This document shows, piece by piece, positions 18,466 to 23,667 of a stretch of 23,667 nt of DNA. Positions within the stretch are counted from its first letter, which is position 1, and the number at the start of each line of letters is the position of its first letter. Both the position numbers and the translations under genes were made by a program. The notes below the pieces were generated by a model. It saw only the letters and a program-made list of their open reading frames with translations. It was not told the DNA's origin and made no database searches. The stretch is from contig PSLI01000034.1 of assembly GCA_040289515.1 (NCBI GenBank), forward strand, positions 1-23,667, given 5' to 3'. Source of the DNA: Candidatus Sysuimicrobiota bacterium. GTDB taxonomy: Bacteria > Sysuimicrobiota > Sysuimicrobiia > Sysuimicrobiales > Sysuimicrobiaceae.

Positions 18466-19650
18466 CTAGCTGCGGCGGGCCGGCTCCCCTTCCCGCTCCG
18501 GGAGGCCTGTCCGCACCGGTTTGCCCGCGTTCTGCCAGGCCAGGATCCCCCCCACGAGGTTGAATACCTGGTCGTAGCCGCGCTCCCGCAGCCACTGGGT
18601 GACCTTCCCGCTGCGGTTTCCCGACGCGCAGTACACCACCACGGGGCGATCCCTGGGGATCTCGTGGTACCGGGCCTCCACCTCACCCATGGGAATCCAC
18701 CGCACGCCCTCGATGTGAGCCTGCGCCACCTCCCACGCCTCTCGGACGTCCACCAGCACCGCGCCCTGCCGCACCAAGGCGTCCACCTCCGCCACGGACA
18801 CCTCCGCAGGCTTGGCGGGGACCTCCGACACCCGGTCGTGCTCCGGAACGCCGCAGAAGGCCTCGTAGTCGATGAGCTCGTGGATGGCGGGGTGGTCACC
18901 GCACACGGGGCAGTCGGGGTTTCGGGACCATCGGACGAACCGGATCTCCCCGGTGAGGGCGTCGAACAGCATGAGCCGGTTGGCCAGGGTCTGCCCCACG
19001 CCCAGCAGGATCTTGATGGCCTCCAGGGCCTGGTGGGTGCCCATGAAGCCCGCCACCGCACCCACGATCCCTGCCTCCGCGCAGGAGGGAACGGCCCCGG
19101 GCGGAGGGGGGCTGGGGAACAGGCACCGGTAGCAGCCGCGGCCCGGCAGAAAGGTAGTAGCCTGGCCCTCCCACCGCAGGATGGCGGCGTCCACCAGGGG
19201 TTTACCGAGCAGCACGCAGGCGTCGTTGACCAGGTAGCGGGTGGGGAAGTTGTCGCAGCCGTTTACCACCACGTCGTACTGCGACAGGATCTCCAGGGCG
19301 TTGGCGGACGTCAGAACCGTCTGGTGCGGCACCACCTGCACATCGGGGTTGACGTCCTCCAGGGTCCGCCGGGCAGACTGGGTCTTCGGGCGCCCGATGT
19401 CGTGGTGGAAGTGCAGAATCTGCCGGTGCAGGTTGGTGAGATCCACCCGGTCCCCGTCCACGATGCCGATGGTCCCCACCCCGGCTGCGGCCAGGTACAG
19501 GGCCGCGGGCGAGCCCAGCCCGCCGGCACCCACCACCAGCACGCGGCTAGCCAGCAGCTTCCGCTGCCCCGCCACCCCCACCTCCTCCAGGATGATCTGC
19601 CTGGAGTACCGCTGCAGCTGTTCCTCCGTCAGAGTCTGACCCGTCGCCAT
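18466..19650 (-). CDS. moeB: MoeB/ThiF adenylyltransferase fused to C-terminal rhodanese (MoeZ/MoeBR type, 394 aa)
   Basis: RYSRQI, VGAGGLGSP, NLHRQ, DNFPTRYLVND, CYRC and CPVC Zn pairs, PSCAEAG, rhodanese DVRE and YCASGNRS. Confidence 0.94.
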   Translation of the reverse strand: MATGQTLTEEQLQRYSRQIILEEVGVAGQRKLLASRVLVVGAGGLGSPAALYLAAAGVGTIGIVDGDRVDLTNLHRQILHFHHDIGRPKTQSARRTLEDVNPDVQVVPHQTVLTSANALEILSQYDVVVNGCDNFPTRYLVNDACVLLGKPLVDAAILRWEGQATTFLPGRGCYRCLFPSPPPPGAVPSCAEAGIVGAVAGFMGTHQALEAIKILLGVGQTLANRLMLFDALTGEIRFVRWSRNPDCPVCGDHPAIHELIDYEAFCGVPEHDRVSEVPAKPAEVSVAEVDALVRQGAVLVDVREAWEVAQAHIEGVRWIPMGEVEARYHEIPRDRPVVVYCASGNRSGKVTQWLRERGYDQVFNLVGGILAWQNAGKPVRTGLPEREGEPARRS

Positions 19651-19781
19651 ACATCTCTCCCGAACGTCTGAGTGGAATTCTGAAACAGTGCAGAGCGGGG
19701 GCTTCCCCGGCTCGGGGTCTACCCCCGCCGGGGACAGATGCACTCGCGGGGCTTCCGCAGGCGACCCATGGATCCGCTAGG

Positions 19782-19810
19782 AGGGTACCCCACCGGGGGA
19801 CCCGTGTCAA
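19782..19810 (-). promoter_or_regulatory. Sigma70-type promoter for moeB
   Basis: TTGACA (19810-19805), 17-nt spacer, TACCCT (19787-19782); implies a leader of about 125 nt. Confidence 0.65.
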
Positions 19811-19861
19811 ACCCCACGCGGGTTGCTGACTTGTGTCAACCCGCCCGCTCCGGAGCCCCTC

Positions 19862-19870
19862 TGGTACAAT
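19862..19870 (+). promoter_or_regulatory. Extended -10 promoter (TG-G-TACAAT) for the ferredoxin-NADP reductase gene
   Basis: TGGTACAAT 27 nt upstream of ATG 19898; no clear -35. Confidence 0.65.
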
Positions 19871-19897
19871 CCCCGCAGAACGCGAAGAGGAGGCGCC

Positions 19898-20911
19898 ATG
19901 GACCTGTACGACCTCACCATCGTGGGGGCGGGCCCCACCGGGCTGTTCGCGGCGTACTACGCGGGATTCCGGACCCTGCGGACCAAAATCATCGACAGCC
20001 AGTCCGACCTCGGCGGGCAGGTCACGGCCCTGTACCCGGACAAGTACATCTACGACGTGGCCGGGTTCCCCAAGATCCTCGGCAAGGACCTGATCCGCAA
20101 CCAGGTGGAGCAGGCCATGCAGTACAACCCCACCGTGGTGCTCAACGAGCGGGTGGAGGTGCTGAAACGGCTGCCCGACGGGAACTACCGCCTGGTCACC
20201 CACACCGGCCAGGAGCACTTCACCCGGGTGGTCCTGATCGCGGCGGGCATCGGTGCCTTCACCCCCAAGAAGTACAACCGGCCGGAGCTGGACCGGTACG
20301 AGGGGCGGGGCCTGTACTTTGCGGTCCGCAACCGGGAGGACTTCCGCGACCGGCGGGTGCTGGTGGTGGGCGGGGGTGACAGCGCTTTGGACTGGGCCCT
20401 GAACCTGCTCCCCATCACGCGCGAGCTCACCCTGATCCACCGGCGGGACCAGTTCCGCGCCCACGAGGACTCCGTCCGAAAGCTCATGAGCTCCTCGGCC
20501 ACGGTGAAGCTGTTCTACGAGCTGAAGGCCCTGGAGGGCAACGAGCGGGTGGAGCGGGCGGTCCTCTTCAACAACCGTACCCGGGAGGAGGAGGTCCTGG
20601 AGGTGGACGCGGTGCTGGCCTTCCTAGGACTGGTCAGCAACCTGGGGCCCATTCGGGAGTGGGGGCTGCACATCGAGGACAACGCCATCGTGGTGAACAC
20701 GAAGATGGAGACCAACCTCCCGGGGGTGTACGCGGCGGGGGACATCGCCACCTACCCGGGTAAGCTGAAGCTCATCGCCACGGGTTACGGGGAGGCTGCC
20801 ACCGCGGTCAACAACGCCTACACCTACCTCAACCCGGGTGCCAAGGCGTTCCCCGGGCACTCCAGCGCCATCATGGAGAAGCGGGAACGGGCAGCCGCGA
20901 AAACCGGCTGA
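19898..20911 (+). CDS. TrxB-type ferredoxin--NADP(+) reductase (YumC-like, 337 aa)
   Basis: IVGAGPTG, LGGQVTALYPDKYIYDVAGFP, GGGDSALDWA, HRRDQFRAHE, GDIATYPGKLKLIATG, C-terminal FPGHSS. No thioredoxin-reductase CxxC. GAGGAGG RBS. Confidence 0.92.
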   Translation: MDLYDLTIVGAGPTGLFAAYYAGFRTLRTKIIDSQSDLGGQVTALYPDKYIYDVAGFPKILGKDLIRNQVEQAMQYNPTVVLNERVEVLKRLPDGNYRLVTHTGQEHFTRVVLIAAGIGAFTPKKYNRPELDRYEGRGLYFAVRNREDFRDRRVLVVGGGDSALDWALNLLPITRELTLIHRRDQFRAHEDSVRKLMSSSATVKLFYELKALEGNERVERAVLFNNRTREEEVLEVDAVLAFLGLVSNLGPIREWGLHIEDNAIVVNTKMETNLPGVYAAGDIATYPGKLKLIATGYGEAATAVNNAYTYLNPGAKAFPGHSSAIMEKRERAAAKTG

Positions 20912-20918
20912 AGCCCAC

Positions 20919-21587
20919 CTAGCCGCGGCCGCGGCGCACCGCGCCCACGGGCTCCATCCGCAGGGTGCGCTTGGCCACCCAGGCCAGCCAGCCCCCCACG
21001 GTCCACCGGGCGGGCTTGTGGGCCAGATTGCGGAAACCCACGGACAGCGCCTCTGCCACCGCCTGCTGCACCGCCTCTGCCGTCAGGGGCCGGCCCAACC
21101 GCAACAGCTCCCGTTCCACCGCCCGCCGCAGGCCCGCCAGGCCCTCCTCCGCCAAGCCGTCGAAGGCTTCCCGGTCCCCCACCAGGGCCCGGTCCAGCAG
21201 CTCCCGCTCTTCCCGCAGGGCGCGCTCGTACGCCTCCACGGCCTCCCGCGGCAACGAGGCCCGGCGGCGTTCGTGGGCATGCTCCCGCCGCAGGCGAGCC
21301 TTGTAGCGGGACAGCTGCTCCTCCAGATCGTCGAACGCCGCGCGCAGCCACCCCTCCGGCGTTGCCGACCGGTTGCGCCGGGCTGACAGCACCCGCCCGG
21401 GCAGGTACACCCGGGCGCTACCGGTGTACTCCTCCTTGCGAGCCGCCCGCTCCACCTTCACGTGCAGCTGCACCAGGTCGGGCCGGAAGTGCCGGAGACG
21501 CCGCTGCAGCCGCGCCACAGAGCGGTCCAGGACCTCGCGCGCGTGGCCTCCCAGTTCGAACCGTTGCGTGGTCAGGTGGACCTCCAT
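20919..21587 (-). CDS. HPF/RaiA ribosome-associated domain fused to ECF sigma factor region-2-like domain (222 aa)
   Basis: aa 1-102 follow the HPF pattern (MEVHLTTQRFEL...LYLPG-like VYLPGRVLSA...AFDDLEEQLSRYKARLR). aa 126-211 ERELLDRALVGDREAFDGL...WLAWVAKRTLR resemble ECF sigma2. AGGAGG RBS before ATG 21587. Confidence 0.8.
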   Translation of the reverse strand: MEVHLTTQRFELGGHAREVLDRSVARLQRRLRHFRPDLVQLHVKVERAARKEEYTGSARVYLPGRVLSARRNRSATPEGWLRAAFDDLEEQLSRYKARLRREHAHERRRASLPREAVEAYERALREERELLDRALVGDREAFDGLAEEGLAGLRRAVERELLRLGRPLTAEAVQQAVAEALSVGFRNLAHKPARWTVGGWLAWVAKRTLRMEPVGAVRRGRG

Positions 21588-22045
21588 ACCGCCTCCTGTC
21601 CTTCGGGGAACTGCCAGGGGGGCTCCGGGGCGCACGTGCCGCACTCGGGCTCCTGCACGCCCACCCATCGCACGGTGGCCTCCAGCTGCTCCCAATCCGG
21701 CAAGGTTGGGTGGCGCAGCACCCACGCGGCTGCAGCCTGACCCCGCCGGTCGAAGGCCAGCACCACCGCGTCCGCATCCGGGTCCCACTCCGCGCGGGTG
21801 CGGCCTGTGGGATCGTACAGCTGACGGGCCAGCTCCACCAAGGGCTCCGGCTCCTCCCGGACCCCAACAAGGCCCACACCCCACATCGCCCAAGCCAGCT
21901 CCTGCCGCGCTGCCTGCTGCGCCAGGGCCCTGCACGAAGAGCAGCTCGGGCCGTGCAAGACCAGCGCCACGTGCGCCCGCAGCCGCCAGCCGGGTATCCA
22001 CCGGACAGCTCCTCCCTCCTCCCCCCAAAGCCCAGGCCGCCTCAC
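21572..22045 (-). CDS. Small thioredoxin/peroxiredoxin-like fold protein with two CxxC motifs (about 157 aa)
   Basis: VALVLHGPSCSSCRAL, LVGV, LYDPTG, VLAFDRRG pattern of redoxin folds, plus C-terminal QEPECGTC. GTG start overlaps the lipA stop (GTGA); 3' end overlaps the HPF gene start by 16 nt. Confidence 0.7.
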   Translation of the reverse strand: MRRPGLWGEEGGAVRWIPGWRLRAHVALVLHGPSCSSCRALAQQAARQELAWAMWGVGLVGVREEPEPLVELARQLYDPTGRTRAEWDPDADAVVLAFDRRGQAAAAWVLRHPTLPDWEQLEATVRWVGVQEPECGTCAPEPPWQFPEGQEAVWRST

Positions 22046-22917
22046 CGCACCACCGCTCGCTGCACCTGCTCGTCCGCGTGGTAGCTGCTGCGCACCAGGG
22101 GCCCGGACTCCACATGCCGGAACCCCATGTCCAGGGCCACCCGCTTGATCTCCGCGAACTCGTCCGGGTGCCAGTACCGGTGCACGGGTTCGTAGCCCGG
22201 ACCAGGGCTCAGGTACTGCCCCACGGTCACAATGTCGCAGCCCACCGACCGCAGGTCGTGCAGGGTCTGCACCACCTCCGGGAAGGTTTCGCCCAGGCCC
22301 ACCATGAGCCCGCTCTTGGTGAGGCAGGGGTAGCCCCACCGTTTGACCCGCGCCAGCAGCTCCAGGGAGCGGTCGTAGCTGCCGCCGCTGCGCACCCGCT
22401 TGAACACGGACCGCACCGTCTCGATGTTGTGGTTGAGGATATCCGGCCCCGCGTCCAGGACCGCGCGCAGGGCCTCCGGGTCCCCCTTGAAGTCGGGGAT
22501 GAGGACCTCCACGCTGCAGTCGGGCTTCCGCCGGCGGATGCAGCGGATGGTTTCCGCGAACACGCCCGCCCCGCCATCCCGGAGGTCGTCGCGGTCCACG
22601 GAGGTCACCACCACGTGGCGCAGCCCCAGGGCGGCCACCGCGCTGGCCACCCGCTCCGGTTCCCTCCAGTCCACCTCCGTGGGCAAGCCGTGGGCGATGG
22701 CGCAGTACGAGCAGTTACGGGTGCACACGTTGCCCAAAATGAGGAAGGTGGCCGTGCGCCGTTCCCAGCAGTCGCCGATGTTGGGGCAGCGGGCCTCCTC
22801 ACACACCGTGTGCAGTCGCTGGGTCCGCAAAATAGCCACCAGCTCCCGGTAGTTGGGGCCGGAGGGGACGCGGGCCTTGAGCCACGGCGGGCGCTGCGGG
22901 ATCACGGGAGCGGTCAT
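22042..22917 (-). CDS. lipA: Lipoyl synthase (291 aa)
   Basis: TVCEEARCPNIGDC (CX4CX5C), radical SAM CTRNCSYC, TSVDRDDL, NHNIETV, GQYL, PLVRSSYHA. Confidence 0.97.
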   Translation of the reverse strand: MTAPVIPQRPPWLKARVPSGPNYRELVAILRTQRLHTVCEEARCPNIGDCWERRTATFLILGNVCTRNCSYCAIAHGLPTEVDWREPERVASAVAALGLRHVVVTSVDRDDLRDGGAGVFAETIRCIRRRKPDCSVEVLIPDFKGDPEALRAVLDAGPDILNHNIETVRSVFKRVRSGGSYDRSLELLARVKRWGYPCLTKSGLMVGLGETFPEVVQTLHDLRSVGCDIVTVGQYLSPGPGYEPVHRYWHPDEFAEIKRVALDMGFRHVESGPLVRSSYHADEQVQRAVVR

Positions 22918-22936
22918 GGGTGCGGCCTCCTCCGGT

Positions 22937-23667
22937 TCACCGGGTCACGGGGTCCACGGCCTCCAGGCTCGCCTTCACGTGGTTCAAAAACTGCACCGCC
23001 ACCGCGCCGTCGAACACCCGGTGGTCGAAGGACAGGCCCAGGTGGAGGATGGACCGGATGGCGATGGCGTCGTCCCGCACCACGGGCCGCTTCGCGATGG
23101 CGTCCGTGGCCAGGATGGCCGCCTGCGGGTAGTTAATGATGGGCAGGGACCACACGGACCCAAACACACCTGGATTCGTCAGGGTAAAGGTCCCGCCCTG
23201 CACGTCCTCCAGCGTCAGCTTCCCTTCCCGGGCGCGCCGGGTGATGTCCTCCAGCTCGCGGGCCAGGCCCACCAGGCTCTTCTCCTCCGCGCGGTGAATC
23301 ACGGGGACCACCAGTCCGTCCTCCACGGACACCGCGATGCCCAGGTTCACGTGGGGTTTCAGGACGATGGCGTCCTCCGCCCACTGGGCGTTCACCACGG
23401 GGAAGGCCCGCAGGGCCTCCACCGCGGCCCGGGCGAACAGGGCGGTGTACGTGAGCCGGACTCCGTGCTGGCGCTGGAAGGACTCCCGGTGCGCCTCGAA
23501 CCAGTGCACCAGCTCCGTGACATCCGCCTCCACCACCCCGTAGGCGTGCGGCACCTCCCGCTTGGCCCGGCTCAGCCGCTCCGCGATCGCGCGGCGGACA
23601 GGTGACAACGGGATCCGCCGCTCCTCTGCAGCGGGCAGGGGCTGCGGCGGGGGTGCCTCGGCCGCCG
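22937..23667 (-). CDS. Dihydrolipoamide acyltransferase (E2 of a 2-oxoacid dehydrogenase), C-terminal catalytic domain; 5' end outside window
   Basis: Pro/Ala linker then RRAIAERL, NLGIAVS, GLVVPVI, GGTFTLTNPG, PIINYPQAAIL, catalytic FDHRVFDG. Frame open to the window edge. Confidence 0.95.
   Translation of the reverse strand, partial: AAEAPPPQPLPAAEERRIPLSPVRRAIAERLSRAKREVPHAYGVVEADVTELVHWFEAHRESFQRQHGVRLTYTALFARAAVEALRAFPVVNAQWAEDAIVLKPHVNLGIAVSVEDGLVVPVIHRAEEKSLVGLARELEDITRRAREGKLTLEDVQGGTFTLTNPGVFGSVWSLPIINYPQAAILATDAIAKRPVVRDDAIAIRSILHLGLSFDHRVFDGAVAVQFLNHVKASLEAVDPVTR

Noticed and set aside
19651..19745. Calling the moeB leader a SAM-I, cobalamin or Moco riboswitch
   Set aside because: Only scattered words match. 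The [25 protein letters not shown] core and an intact B12 box are absent, so it is reported only as an unassigned structured leader.
19823..20911. Annotation of the flavoprotein as thioredoxin reductase with start at 19823
   Set aside because: No redox CxxC and clear FNR-type motifs; RBS and promoter support ATG 19898.
21999..22022. Very strong SD-like run GGAGGAGGGAGGAG 7 nt before a GTG in frame with the HPF-sigma2 gene (would give a 360-aa isoform)
   Set aside because: The extension is low-complexity and overlaps the redoxin gene, where the run simply encodes GEEGG; the HPF gene has its own RBS. Ribosome profiling could overturn this.
1..23667. CRISPR arrays, tRNA/rRNA genes, IS elements, intrinsic terminators
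   Set aside because: No regularly spaced repeats, cloverleaf motifs, transposase ORFs or hairpin-plus-U-tract sequences were seen by eye; intergenic gaps are short.

Overview
High-GC (visibly about 70%) bacterial chromosomal window of mostly housekeeping genes on the minus strand. Left block, read right to left from a near-consensus sigma70 promoter at about 16.8 kb: A-type Fe-S carrier, NifU-C/Nfu protein, RtcB RNA ligase interrupted by a 507-aa LAGLIDADG-type intein, acyl-CoA dehydrogenase, split (two-gene) cobalamin-independent methionine synthase, SRPBCC protein with an Arg-rich tail, internally deleted malQ pseudogene, glgB, glgX, GH13 alpha-glucosidase, Mrp/ApbC, aldehyde dehydrogenase and the start of a secreted OstA/LptA-like protein. 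Middle: yjbQ, a roughly 1 kb patch of decayed genes (vapBC-type toxin-antitoxin pair and a VOC/glyoxalase gene), a MoeB-rhodanese fusion with a structured 5' leader, and a divergent TrxB-type ferredoxin-NADP reductase. Right: 2-oxoacid dehydrogenase E2 (partial), lipA, a small two-CxxC redoxin-fold protein and, as the most unusual item, an HPF/RaiA ribosome-hibernation domain fused to an isolated ECF sigma region-2-like domain. No tRNA, rRNA, CRISPR array or IS element was recognised. All calls come from manual motif recognition; no database searches were run.
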